Positions 10,541-20,254 of a DNA stretch of 64,000 nt are shown piece after piece. Positions within the stretch are counted from its first letter, which is position 1, and every line of letters starts with the position of its first letter. The stretch spans positions 2,848,001 to 2,912,000 of the forward strand of contig OY776510.1 in assembly GCA_963675665.1 (NCBI GenBank), given 5' to 3'. The notes beneath the pieces were generated by a model. It saw only the letters and a list, made by a program, of their open reading frames with translations, was not told where the DNA came from and made no database searches. The stretch comes from Spirochaetia bacterium. Its GTDB lineage: Bacteria > Spirochaetota > Spirochaetia > UBA9216. The translations under genes were made by a program, and so were the position numbers.

Positions 10541-13249
10541 ATGGAAGGAAAAATCAATCTCAAAATCACAGTAGCGGTACTGATTGTCGTAGTTTTTTCT
10601 TTGCTCACTTATTTTGGAGCTTTAGCAACACTTGAGAACCGACTTTATGATGTACTTCTCCATTTGAAGAGGGAAATACCCGAAGACAGCAGAATTCTGC
10701 TTATTGATGTAGATGATACTTCAATTGAAAAAGTAGGCGTATGGCCCTGGAGCCGGGACATTATGGCGAACGGTCTGATTACAATGAAGGAACTGGGCGC
10801 TGAATATGCTGTTTTTGATATTGAATATGTTCAGAAAAGTCCTACCGCGGTTGATCCGGATTTTCTGAGAAATGAGCTTCCGGAGGTTTTTGAAGGGGAG
10901 TTTGAGATAATTAATAACAATATTCTTGATCTTTTCGGGGCTATAGCCAGCGGCGCGCTGCCGATGGAAGTTGCAGCAGACTATATTTATGATCTTGCAA
11001 CACTTAACGATCAGGCCAAAGATATTCTTTTGTCAAAGGTTGCCGAGGTTGCCAGGGACAACGATGAGTATTTCAGTAAGGCTGTTTACCTGTATGACAA
11101 TGTTTTTTTTACCGTCAATATGGTAGATGATTATGAAGTAGAGCTTTCCGAAGATTTTGAAAACTGGATTCTTGAAAACATCGCCTACCCGAATATTGAA
11201 GTTAAAACGGAATTATATACATCGGCGGAGAGTATTGATCCCGCGCTGCCCCGGCTTATACAGAACGGCGGCGGAGCCGGTTTTCCGAATATAATCATCG
11301 ATAATGACGGTGTAAGAAGAAGGGTCGATTTTTTTATAGAATACTCGGATCATTTCTTTGCCCAGCTGGCCATGTCTCCGTTTCTTGAGTGGATTGGAAA
11401 TCCGAAACTCACGCTGACCGACGACTACCTTGTTATCGAGCAGGCCGATATTCCGGGCAGCGAAGGACCAAGGGATATCAGGGTGCCAAGAGCTGATGAC
11501 GGAACTTTTCTTATAAACTGGCCGGCGAAAGATTACTGGAAAAGTTTCAGGCATCTTTCATATTATTACATGGTTTTGCATAACTGGCAGGAGGAAGCGC
11601 TGATAGAAAATCTTAAGCTGCTCGAAGCTGATCAGTATTTTTACTATTACGAAGGTGATCAGGATATTTTTGCAGGTTATGATTATGCCGAATCGATAAA
11701 GCAGGAAGTGCTCAACGGAGGCGACAGAACATATCTGCAGGATTTCAGGGATTCGAGGGAGTATTTTTTCTCTGAAGTCGGCAATTTTATCAACGGTCAG
11801 GCTGAATCGGTTATACGGGGGCAGATTGAGGATATTCTTGCAACTGAAGGCCTCTCTTCGGAGGAAACGGAAGAATACAAGGCTATCGATGCAAATGTGG
11901 CAAACAACTTTTCCGAGGTAAGAATTCTTTACGATGACTACATGAAAACACGGGATATTATCAGCGAGGCTGTGAACGGTTCTTTCTGTATAATAGGGTC
12001 TTCAGCCACCTCCACATTCGACCGCGGAGTTAACCCGTTTTCCAAGGAATATGCAAACGTCGGAACACACGCAGCTGTTATCAATATGATAATTCAGGAC
12101 AGTTTTCTCGACGATTCATCACGATGGATTTCCATTCTTCTGGCTGTAGTTTTAACTTTTCTTTTATACCTGATAATTCATAAAATGGATGCTCTTCCAA
12201 CTATTCTCTGGGGTATTGCAATAGTAATAATAATTGCAGCGATTGAGATCGGTGTTTTTCTTATGCTCGGTATTTATATACAGCTGCTGACGCCTGTTCT
12301 TTCGGTTGCCGTCACCTTTGTTTTTATGAGCTTTCTGAAATTTCTTGAGACGGCAAAGGAAAGAAGTTACATAAGGAATGCTTTCGGACATTATCTCTCT
12401 GATCAGGTAATTGAAAACCTTATTGATGATCCAGACAAACTTACCCTCGGCGGTGAGAAAAAACATATGACGGCAATATTTACTGATGTTAAAGGGTTTT
12501 CAACGATATCCGAGCAGCTTGATCCGACTGATCTGGTTAAAATTCTTAATATGTATCTTACCGAAATGAGCAATCTTGTTATGGATCAGGGCGGAACAAT
12601 AGATAAGTACGAGGGGGATGCAATCATAGCATTCTTCGGAGCTCCGGTTGATTTTGATGATCACGCCGTAAGGGCCTGCCGGGCGGCAGTAAGAATGAAA
12701 AAGATGGAGCGCATTATGAACGGTCATTTCATGGAGGATGAAATAGTGCCGACTCCGCTTCTTACCCGAATAGGTATTAATACCGGCGATATGGTAGTAG
12801 GAAATATGGGTACTGCCCGCAAGATGGACTATACAATTATGGGAAATGCGGTAAACCTTGCGGCAAGACTGGAAGGTGTTAACAAGCAATATAACTGCTG
12901 GAAACTGATCAGTTCGATGACTGCTGATGAACTGGGTGATGAATTTCTGCTGCGCAGGCTCGACAGGGTACGGGTAGTTGGAATAAGCGAACCTGTGCGG
13001 CTTTTCGAGCTTGTCGATGAAAAGGAACTTGCCGGGGATGAAAGTCTTGAGATCATTAATATTTTCCATGATGCACTCGAAAAATTCGAGGAAAAGAACT
13101 GGGCTGATGCAGAGGACCTTTTTCAGAAAATTCTGCGGATAGATCCGGAAGACGGTCCCGCCGGCATATATATAAAACGCTGCACTGAATACAGGAAAAA
13201 AGCGCCGCCCGCAAACTGGGACGGAGTCTTTAATCTAACCACAAAGTAG
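10541..13249 (+). CDS. CHASE2-domain class III adenylate cyclase with C-terminal TPR
   Basis: CHASE2 WPWSR motif and 3 TM helices. The cyclase motifs FTDVKGFS, DKYEGDA, RIGINTG and DYTIMGNAVNLAARLEG are all canonical for ATP. Confidence 0.93.
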   Translation: MEGKINLKITVAVLIVVVFSLLTYFGALATLENRLYDVLLHLKREIPEDSRILLIDVDDTSIEKVGVWPWSRDIMANGLITMKELGAEYAVFDIEYVQKSPTAVDPDFLRNELPEVFEGEFEIINNNILDLFGAIASGALPMEVAADYIYDLATLNDQAKDILLSKVAEVARDNDEYFSKAVYLYDNVFFTVNMVDDYEVELSEDFENWILENIAYPNIEVKTELYTSAESIDPALPRLIQNGGGAGFPNIIIDNDGVRRRVDFFIEYSDHFFAQLAMSPFLEWIGNPKLTLTDDYLVIEQADIPGSEGPRDIRVPRADDGTFLINWPAKDYWKSFRHLSYYYMVLHNWQEEALIENLKLLEADQYFYYYEGDQDIFAGYDYAESIKQEVLNGGDRTYLQDFRDSREYFFSEVGNFINGQAESVIRGQIEDILATEGLSSEETEEYKAIDANVANNFSEVRILYDDYMKTRDIISEAVNGSFCIIGSSATSTFDRGVNPFSKEYANVGTHAAVINMIIQDSFLDDSSRWISILLAVVLTFLLYLIIHKMDALPTILWGIAIVIIIAAIEIGVFLMLGIYIQLLTPVLSVAVTFVFMSFLKFLETAKERSYIRNAFGHYLSDQVIENLIDDPDKLTLGGEKKHMTAIFTDVKGFSTISEQLDPTDLVKILNMYLTEMSNLVMDQGGTIDKYEGDAIIAFFGAPVDFDDHAVRACRAAVRMKKMERIMNGHFMEDEIVPTPLLTRIGINTGDMVVGNMGTARKMDYTIMGNAVNLAARLEGVNKQYNCWKLISSMTADELGDEFLLRRLDRVRVVGISEPVRLFELVDEKELAGDESLEIINIFHDALEKFEEKNWADAEDLFQKILRIDPEDGPAGIYIKRCTEYRKKAPPANWDGVFNLTTK

Positions 13250-13290
13250 CACTGCAGCACACATTGTATCACAATTACCTCCGTAAAATA

Positions 13291-13319
13291 TTGATAATTG
13301 GATTGGTAAATGTTAGTAT
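13291..13319 (+). promoter_or_regulatory. Putative sigma70 promoter of the second cyclase gene
   Basis: TTGATA-17 nt-TAGTAT with an extended TGn. Confidence 0.45.
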
Positions 13320-13337
13320 GCCATTGCGGAGGATTTA

Positions 13338-14258
13338 TTGCTCGAGCCGGCTCTTCTTAATGAAACATCTGAAATATTGTCAAAAAACTTCTCTGCTGAT
13401 GAGATAGATAAAATCGGCAATATGCTGTACTCAGGGTACAGTACCCATGGGATTGCCGGAGAAGGCAATCATATTACCTTTTCATCATCAAGAGCAGCAT
13501 CGGTACTTGTCAGTTACTCCAATACAATGCGCAAAACGTTCGAGCTTATTAAACTTTTAATTGAGCTGGATGACAGTACCATTAACGGTAAAGCCGTCGG
13601 AATTAACGGTTTGGAGACATACCTTAATAAATTGACAAAATGCGGAATTATATATGATTTTAAAAAAAGAAAACTGCATCACGGCCACAAGGACAGGGAT
13701 GTTCTTGTAAATTGGGGTTCGTTGAAAGACGGCAAGGTTTACTCATTTTCGATACTCAGTCTTGATATCGTTGGAAATTCAAAACTGGTCAGAAAGTACG
13801 GCGCTCCCAAAATGGAAAAAGTGTATTTTTACCTGAGGAAATTTATTGAACGGAAAGTGTCTGATTACGACGGAAGAATCTGGTCTTTTGCCGGGGACGG
13901 GGGCCTGATAGCTTATGCTTTCAGGAAGCACGAACAAAGAGCAGTTTTATGTGCGCTTGATATTCAGAGCTCGGTTCCGGTGTTCAATCTAAGACCCGAT
14001 ATTCCGATTAATGATGAGATAATTCTGCGGATAGGTATTGATACAGGGAAATTCCGATTCTCAATGGATACCGGCCATATAGTATCAGATATAATAAACT
14101 ATGCCGCCCATCTTGAGAAATCAGGAACCAGGCCCGGGGAAATATCGATTTCATCAAGAGTAAAAAAGGAATTGCCCGGGAAAATATCAAAATGTTTTCC
14201 ACATGAGGCGGAATTTGAAGGGCTCACATCACATAGCACCAGGCTGAACCTGAATTAA
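13338..14258 (+). CDS. Soluble class III nucleotidyl-cyclase-domain protein with atypical active-site residues
   Basis: SLDIVGNS, WSFAGDGG, LRIGIDTG and INYAAHLEK motifs, preceded by an N-terminal domain of about 115 aa of unknown function. Confidence 0.8.
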   Translation: MLEPALLNETSEILSKNFSADEIDKIGNMLYSGYSTHGIAGEGNHITFSSSRAASVLVSYSNTMRKTFELIKLLIELDDSTINGKAVGINGLETYLNKLTKCGIIYDFKKRKLHHGHKDRDVLVNWGSLKDGKVYSFSILSLDIVGNSKLVRKYGAPKMEKVYFYLRKFIERKVSDYDGRIWSFAGDGGLIAYAFRKHEQRAVLCALDIQSSVPVFNLRPDIPINDEIILRIGIDTGKFRFSMDTGHIVSDIINYAAHLEKSGTRPGEISISSRVKKELPGKISKCFPHEAEFEGLTSHSTRLNLN

Positions 14259-14316
14259 TTGAAAAACAATGCAATTTATGTTGCCTCGATACTGAATATT
14301 CTATTAACTTAGTTGT

Positions 14317-14435
14317 AATAAACAAATAGATACTGTGTATATATTTGTTATTTTGAAGGTTGCCAGGTGTTACTTGTCAAACTTCACTTCAATAGCCCGC
14401 CTTCCATGGCGGGAAAAATGTATAGGAGAAGAAAA
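14317..14435 (+). repeat. Dispersed structured leader element, copy 1 (upstream of lemA)
   Basis: P2 AATAAACAAATAGATAC/GTATATATTTGTTATT, P3 TGAAGGTTG/CAAACTTCA, P4 CCCGCC-TTCCAT-GGCGGG, then TATAGGAG RBS. Confidence 0.7.
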
Positions 14436-15044
14436 ATGACCAATAAAGCATTAAAAATTATTATTCCTGTAGCAATCGTTGTGATAATCATTCTGATAAT
14501 ATATGGTTCATTTGCAGGGACCTATAATAAAATGGTGACCATGGAAGAAACTGTAAAGGCATCATGGAGCCAGGTTGAAAATGTATATCAGCGCAGATTT
14601 GATTTGATTCCGAATCTTGTTGAAACGGTAAAAGGATATGCTGCTCATGAAAGTGAGACATTTACGGCTGTAGCCGAAGCAAGGGCCAACGCCGGAGGGG
14701 TGATGCAAATGTCTGACGAGCTGCTTAATGATCCGGCAGCCTTTGAACGTTTTCAACAGGCTCAGTCAACACTTGGCGGAGCACTGCAGAGACTGCTTGT
14801 TGTAACAGAGAATTATCCGGAACTGAAAGCGAACCAGAATTTTATAGCTCTTCAGGACCAGCTTGAAGGAACTGAGAACCGTATTGCTGTAGAGCGCAAG
14901 CGTTTTAATGAGGCGGTTCAGGTATACAATACATATATAAAGCAGTTTCCCAGAATGATTATTGCCAATATTGCCGGTTTCGACGAAAAACCGTATTTTG
15001 AAGCTGCTCAGGGTGCAGAAACCGCTCCGAAAGTGGAATTCTAA
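14436..15044 (+). CDS. lemA: LemA family protein
   Basis: WSQVENVYQRRFDLIPNLVETVKGYA and ENYPELKANQNF...LEGTENRIAVER. Start chosen from the RBS. Confidence 0.95.
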   Translation: MTNKALKIIIPVAIVVIIILIIYGSFAGTYNKMVTMEETVKASWSQVENVYQRRFDLIPNLVETVKGYAAHESETFTAVAEARANAGGVMQMSDELLNDPAAFERFQQAQSTLGGALQRLLVVTENYPELKANQNFIALQDQLEGTENRIAVERKRFNEAVQVYNTYIKQFPRMIIANIAGFDEKPYFEAAQGAETAPKVEF

Positions 15045-15054
15045 GGTGAGACAT

Positions 15055-15729
15055 ATGGCTGATTTAAAATTCAGTAAAAATGAAATAGATCGTATAAACA
15101 AGGCAGCTGCACATGTGGAGTCGGTATCTTCCGGTGAAGTTCTTGCCGCGGTGATAAATGAAAGCTCCAATTATGCCGCAGCTGAACTTCTGTTTTCAGT
15201 AATCGGCGGATTTATTTATTATTCTGTTGTCCTGCTTTTTTATTCCGGGATTGAAAACTGGATCAACAGTTTGTTCTGGAGCCCGCAATCATGGTATGTA
15301 ACAGCGTTTTACGGAGCAAGCACGATGCTTGTAATCGGAATAATATATGCAATTACCAACATTCCCGGATTTGACAGAAAGTTCGTGCCGAAAGCCGTGA
15401 TTTCCCGGAATGTTCACCGAAGGGCGCTTGTTCATTTTACAGAGTCAGGTGCCGTTAACACCAGGGACAGGACGGGCATTTTGTTCTTTTTATCGCTCCG
15501 GGAACGCAGGGTTGAGATAATTGCGGATGAAGGTATTAATTCAAAGGTTAAGCCTGAAGATTGGGAAGGAATTCTGAACAACCTGATTGCGGCAATCAGG
15601 AAGGGGCAACCTGCCGATGGACTTGAAAAAGCGATTATGGATTGTTCGGAGATACTGGAGCGTCATTTCCCTGTAAAGAATGATGATGTAAACGAACTGC
15701 CGGACGGCATAGTATTTCTGGAGGATTAA
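15055..15729 (+). CDS. TPM-domain membrane protein
   Basis: ESVSSGEV, TRDRTGILFFLSLRERRVEIIADEGI and NELPD. Usual lemA partner gene. Confidence 0.88.
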   Translation: MADLKFSKNEIDRINKAAAHVESVSSGEVLAAVINESSNYAAAELLFSVIGGFIYYSVVLLFYSGIENWINSLFWSPQSWYVTAFYGASTMLVIGIIYAITNIPGFDRKFVPKAVISRNVHRRALVHFTESGAVNTRDRTGILFFLSLRERRVEIIADEGINSKVKPEDWEGILNNLIAAIRKGQPADGLEKAIMDCSEILERHFPVKNDDVNELPDGIVFLED

Positions 15730-15732
15730 TTT

Positions 15733-16539
15733 ATGCAGAAGAAAATTGTGTTTCTTTTTATAATAACGGCCGTTCTCCTGACTCCTGTATTTGCTTTGAA
15801 GGTTCCGGCCCTGGATGGTCCGGTTGTTGACAAGGCTGGAGTTATTTCAAGCAGGGATGAAACAGTAATTGAACAGATGCTCATGGAGCTTGAAAGCGCA
15901 ACGACCGCACAGGTTGCAGTGCTTACAGTACCTGATTTAAGCGGAGAATCCATTGAAGAATATTCCTTGGCAGTAGCTGAAGAATGGAAGCTTGGTCAGG
16001 CCGGAAAGGATAACGGCGCGCTGATTCTTCTTGCGCTCAAGGAGCGTAAAGTTCGGATCGAAGTAGGCTACGGCCTGGAAGCGGACCTTACTGATGCAAA
16101 ATCCGGATATATTATCAGGGAAGTTATTCTTCCTCAACTCAGGGAAGGAAATTACGCACAGGGGCTGTATGACGGCGCTTCAGCAGTCGGCGGGGTAATA
16201 TTAAAAACAGCAGACATCAGTGCGGAACAGATAGCCAAATCAAACGAAGCTGCTTCAAGGCAGAGCTCTTCTTCACGCGCAGGCATTCCGTTTAACCTGG
16301 TAGTCTTCATTCTGATCATCTTCTTTTCTTCGATTGCAAGGCTCGGAAGGCGCGGACGCAGACGCGGAGGCAGTATCTGGCCCTGGTTTTTTCTCGGCTC
16401 AATGATGGGATCCGGAAGGCGATATAACGGTCGCGACGGGTTCGGCAGCGGGGGGTTCGGAGGCGGCGGTTTCGGCGGAGGAGGTTTCTCCGGCGGAGGC
16501 GGAGGCTTCGGAGGCGGAGGGGCTTCAGGCGGTTGGTAA
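15733..16539 (+). CDS. TPM-domain (YgcG-like) protein with Gly-rich tail
   Basis: VVDKAG, WKLGQAGKDNGALIL, RIEVGYGLE and GGFSGGGGGFGGGGASGGW. Confidence 0.92.
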   Translation: MQKKIVFLFIITAVLLTPVFALKVPALDGPVVDKAGVISSRDETVIEQMLMELESATTAQVAVLTVPDLSGESIEEYSLAVAEEWKLGQAGKDNGALILLALKERKVRIEVGYGLEADLTDAKSGYIIREVILPQLREGNYAQGLYDGASAVGGVILKTADISAEQIAKSNEAASRQSSSSRAGIPFNLVVFILIIFFSSIARLGRRGRRRGGSIWPWFFLGSMMGSGRRYNGRDGFGSGGFGGGGFGGGGFSGGGGGFGGGGASGGW

Positions 16540-18312
16540 ACCGCCCGGGGCAGCTGCTTCTGCTACAAGTTTCCTCTGCCATTCAAGCAGTTCGCGCATG
16601 GCTTTCGGGTTGTTGCCTTCGATATCGGTCCCAACCCTGAATACGGGTTCCGTGCCGGAGCCCCTCATCCAGAGAAAAGCAACATCACGAAGCACCTGTA
16701 TGCCGGAATTGTCGGTGCCGACGCCGGTAAGCATTATTTTAAGCCCGCCGGTTTCCTTTCCGCTGCGGTATTTCGGGCCGACGCCTTTTCGTGCGGCAGT
16801 TCCTTCATAATTTACCTCGTACCATCCGGTGATACCGTAATCGGTTTTGAGCTGTACTTTACGTTTTTCAAAAGCCGCGGGAAAAATTTGCTCATAGTTT
16901 GCCTTTAGTTCGGCATGGCTTATAGTTCCGATTTGCATTTTGGCTTCGTCTTCATAAGCACTTGTTGTCGAGAAGGCAGGCAGAGATTCCACTGCTTCAG
17001 TTATTGAGCTGAATCCGGCAAAAGCAATCAGCTTTACCAGCGCGAATATTGTGTTGAGTGGATCACGTACTGTCGCCGGATGTGTAATATTCCCTCCGTT
17101 TGAACCTTCTCCGAGGATCCTGACCTCATAACCGTCGGCTCTTTTCTCTGCTGCAAGGTTAACTACATTTGCCTCGCCGACCTCGGCGCGAAAAACGTCA
17201 GCTCCGTATTCTTCGGCAATACGCTCTATCCGCATTGAGGTGGGACCGTTTACTGCAACAGCCGTTTTTGCGCCGGGCTTTGTCTGTTTCATGAATTCGA
17301 GTTCCGATTTTACCGAAAGAGCGAAAACCTCCTGTGCTTCAAGAATTTCGGCGCGTTTTGTCCGCTCATTGAAGTATACAATATTGCCGCGATCCCCGTC
17401 GTTGTCCGGAACATATCCGAGTATAAAGGCCGGATCCGCAGTATGGGCTTTTTCAAGTTCAGCGCGGCATAAATCCAGTGAACTGCCTTCAGGCACAATA
17501 CGGTGGACTACCGCGCCGGGAATATCGTTCAGAAAAAGGGTTTTCATTCCGAAGCTTTTAAAGTATTCCCTGTCGATGCTGACTCCGCGGGCTGAACCGT
17601 TAAGCTCGGCTACTATCCCGATTTTTGATGCTGAAGTGCGCAGCCGATCCATAACGGTTTTCTGACTGTCCGGATTGGATTCAGCCGTTATAACTTCATT
17701 TGAGAATACAGTATAGGCAGCTTCGGCAGCAGCTTTATTTTTTGAAGGATCCGGCAGGACTGATTCCGGAGATGATCCCGGTTCAGCAAGAACATCGGAG
17801 TAGCGGTTATACTTATCTTCGTCAACTGCAGCGGCTATAACATTTGAGATGAAGTTTTTTGCCGTATTTCCGCCAAGTACGGCCCCGTCTGATAATCCGA
17901 ATTTAAACCCGTTATGGCCTATCGGATTATGGCTGGCCGAGATATATGCAAACCCGTCGATATCCGGTGCAGTTTTTACCCGGGCCATAAGCTCGGGTGC
18001 TGCTGTAATTCCTGAATACCTGATGCTGAATCCGAGTTGTTGCAGTGTTTTTATAATCACCGAAGCGATGGCAGGACCGGTGGGCCTTGCATCCATCCCG
18101 ACGGCTATTGTCCTGCCGCCGTGTTCAGAAACAAGCTCGCCGAAGATATCAGTGATTATCGCTGATGCCGCGGCGTCTTCAGCCGTGATCTCCGTGCTTT
18201 TACTTTCCTCATCGGCGGTCCGGCCGTTGTCGGCGGCAAATATCTTTCTGAAACCGGATGCTGAAAGAATAAACCGGGAAAAATTTTCCTGAAATGAATT
18301 ATAATCTGCCAC
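16525..18312 (-). CDS. Phosphoglucomutase/phosphomannomutase-family phosphohexomutase
   Basis: ISASHNP phosphoserine loop, PDNDGDR metal loop, GEGSNGG and MRGSGTEPVFRV. Confidence 0.88.
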   Translation of the reverse strand: MADYNSFQENFSRFILSASGFRKIFAADNGRTADEESKSTEITAEDAAASAIITDIFGELVSEHGGRTIAVGMDARPTGPAIASVIIKTLQQLGFSIRYSGITAAPELMARVKTAPDIDGFAYISASHNPIGHNGFKFGLSDGAVLGGNTAKNFISNVIAAAVDEDKYNRYSDVLAEPGSSPESVLPDPSKNKAAAEAAYTVFSNEVITAESNPDSQKTVMDRLRTSASKIGIVAELNGSARGVSIDREYFKSFGMKTLFLNDIPGAVVHRIVPEGSSLDLCRAELEKAHTADPAFILGYVPDNDGDRGNIVYFNERTKRAEILEAQEVFALSVKSELEFMKQTKPGAKTAVAVNGPTSMRIERIAEEYGADVFRAEVGEANVVNLAAEKRADGYEVRILGEGSNGGNITHPATVRDPLNTIFALVKLIAFAGFSSITEAVESLPAFSTTSAYEDEAKMQIGTISHAELKANYEQIFPAAFEKRKVQLKTDYGITGWYEVNYEGTAARKGVGPKYRSGKETGGLKIMLTGVGTDNSGIQVLRDVAFLWMRGSGTEPVFRVGTDIEGNNPKAMRELLEWQRKLVAEAAAPGGLPTA

Positions 18313-18340
18313 TGCAATATCCTTTTTAATAATTTTTATT

Positions 18341-19564
18341 TTATTTCAGGGCGTCTTCGATTCTGCTCATTGCTTCATTAACATTTTCAACAGAATTGAA
18401 GGCGCTTATTCTGATAAAGCCTTCTCCGCATTTACCGAATCCGCTGCCCGGGGTACACACAACTTCGGCCTTTTTCAGAAGAAGATCGAAGAAATCCCAT
18501 GAATCCATACCGCCTTCTATCCATATGTACGGGGAGTTGTATCCGCCGTAACAGGTATATCCGAGGTCGGTCATCTTGTTACGGATAATCTTTGCATTGT
18601 TCAGATAGTAATCAACAAGTTGGGTTACTTCTTTTTTGCCCTGTTCGGAATAAACGGCTTCCGCAGCGCGCTGAACAGGGTAGGATACTCCGTTGAATTT
18701 TGTGCTGTGGCGCCTGTTCCAGAGCGGATGGAGCTCAACACGGTTGCCGTCGGCAGTAAAACCGCGGCATTCAGACGGGATTACCGTATATGCACATCTG
18801 GTTCCGGTGAATCCTGCTGTCTTGGAAAAACTTCTGAACTCAATTGCGCACTTGCGGGCCCCGTCAATTTCATAAATACTGTGAGGAATTGATTCATCGC
18901 GGATGAAGGCAACGTAAGCGGCGTCAAAAAGAATAAGGGCGTCGTTATCAAGAGCGTATTTAACCCAGGCTTCAAGCTGCTTTTTTGTTGCTGTTGCCCC
19001 TGTCGGATTATTCGGGAAACAGAGGTATATAACATCCGCTTTTTGCTGAGGCGGCGAGGGGACAAAACCGTTTTCATTTGTAGAATCCAGGTAGACAAGA
19101 CCTTTGTAGCGGCCGTTTTCCCATATGCCGGTACGTCCCGCCATGACGTTTGTATCTACATAAACAGGATAGACCGGATCGGGAACTGCGATAACGCAGT
19201 CATCGGAAAAGAGCTCCTGAATGTTTCCGGTGTCGCATTTTGAACCGTCGCTGATAAAAACTTCATCTGCAGTGATGTTGCAGCCGCGGGCGGCAAAATC
19301 GTTCTGCGCAATTGCCTCGCGCAGAAAAGCATATCCCTGTTCGGGGCCGTATCCGCGAAAGGTTTCTTCGGCCGCCATATCGTCGACGGCTTTATGGAAA
19401 GCCTCGAGACATGTCGGAGTAAGCGGTTTTGTAACGTCGCCTATCCCGAGTTTTATGATTTTGTTGTCCGGATTTTCATCCTGGTATGCTTTAACACGTT
19501 TGGCAATATCTGAAAAGAGATATGAAGCCTTCAACTTTGAATAGTTTTCATTGACCTTTATCAT
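18341..19564 (-). CDS. dapL: LL-diaminopimelate aminotransferase
   Basis: [40 protein letters not shown] and [13 protein letters not shown]. Confidence 0.96.
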   Translation of the reverse strand: MIKVNENYSKLKASYLFSDIAKRVKAYQDENPDNKIIKLGIGDVTKPLTPTCLEAFHKAVDDMAAEETFRGYGPEQGYAFLREAIAQNDFAARGCNITADEVFISDGSKCDTGNIQELFSDDCVIAVPDPVYPVYVDTNVMAGRTGIWENGRYKGLVYLDSTNENGFVPSPPQQKADVIYLCFPNNPTGATATKKQLEAWVKYALDNDALILFDAAYVAFIRDESIPHSIYEIDGARKCAIEFRSFSKTAGFTGTRCAYTVIPSECRGFTADGNRVELHPLWNRRHSTKFNGVSYPVQRAAEAVYSEQGKKEVTQLVDYYLNNAKIIRNKMTDLGYTCYGGYNSPYIWIEGGMDSWDFFDLLLKKAEVVCTPGSGFGKCGEGFIRISAFNSVENVNEAMSRIEDALK

Positions 19565-19719
19565 GATGTACCTCTCTGTGGGGGTGGAATGGCAACAGTA
19601 TACATAAAAACAAATTATGAGTAAATCCACCGGTAAAACGCAAAAAAAGTCGATGATTTTGCCGAAACAGAACAATTAATCTCAAGCACCGTTTTTCTGC
19701 ATGTCGTATGATTTTATCA

Positions 19720-19752
19720 CCTGCCATTCATGGCTGGATTTTAGGAGGAAAA
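19720..19752 (+). repeat. Partial copy (P4 + T-tract + RBS) of the dispersed leader element
   Basis: CCTGCCA-TTCA-TGGCTGG-ATTTT-AGGAGG-AAAA before ATG 19753. Confidence 0.4.
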
Positions 19753-20226
19753 ATGAAATTTGGACTGAAACAAATCGGAAGTATTGAGCAGGAGGCGAGC
19801 GGGTTCATTGTTCGCCTGGAATCTGTTTACAGGGAAGCGTTAACAGGTATCGACGGGTTCAGCTGGCTGAACATTATATGGTGGGCAAACCAGTTTGATT
19901 CAGAGGAGTTTCGCGACATCCTGACGACTCAAAAACCTTATAAAAAAGGCCCTGAAAAACTCGGGATTTTCGCTACCCGTTCTCCAATAAGGCCGAATCC
20001 TGTGGCCATCACACCGGTTTATGTAAGCAGAATTGATTTTAAGGCTGGGGTGATCTACACTCCGTATATTGATGCCGAAGCCGGAACGCCGGTTATCGAT
20101 ATCAAGCCTTACCACGGCAGCTCCGACCGGGTAGACCGCTGGAAGGTTCCCGGCTGGTGTTCGGATTGGCCGAAAACTGTAAAAGAATCTGCTGATTTCG
20201 CCTGGGAAGATGTTTTTAATTTTTAG
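19753..20226 (+). CDS. TsaA/TrmO-like SAM-binding protein
   Basis: GIFATRSPIRPNPVA and IDAEAGTPVIDIKPY motifs. Confidence 0.85.
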   Translation: MKFGLKQIGSIEQEASGFIVRLESVYREALTGIDGFSWLNIIWWANQFDSEEFRDILTTQKPYKKGPEKLGIFATRSPIRPNPVAITPVYVSRIDFKAGVIYTPYIDAEAGTPVIDIKPYHGSSDRVDRWKVPGWCSDWPKTVKESADFAWEDVFNF

Positions 20227-20254
20227 CCGGTTAACCGGCAAATGGAGAAGACGG

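Noticed and set aside
13338-14258. Pycsar anti-phage system
   Set aside because: There is no adjacent cyclic-nucleotide-binding TIR or TM effector and no defence-island context. Only the altered active site is retained as a finding.
16441-16539. GGC-rich repeat
   Set aside because: This is the normal Gly-rich tail of YgcG/TPM proteins.
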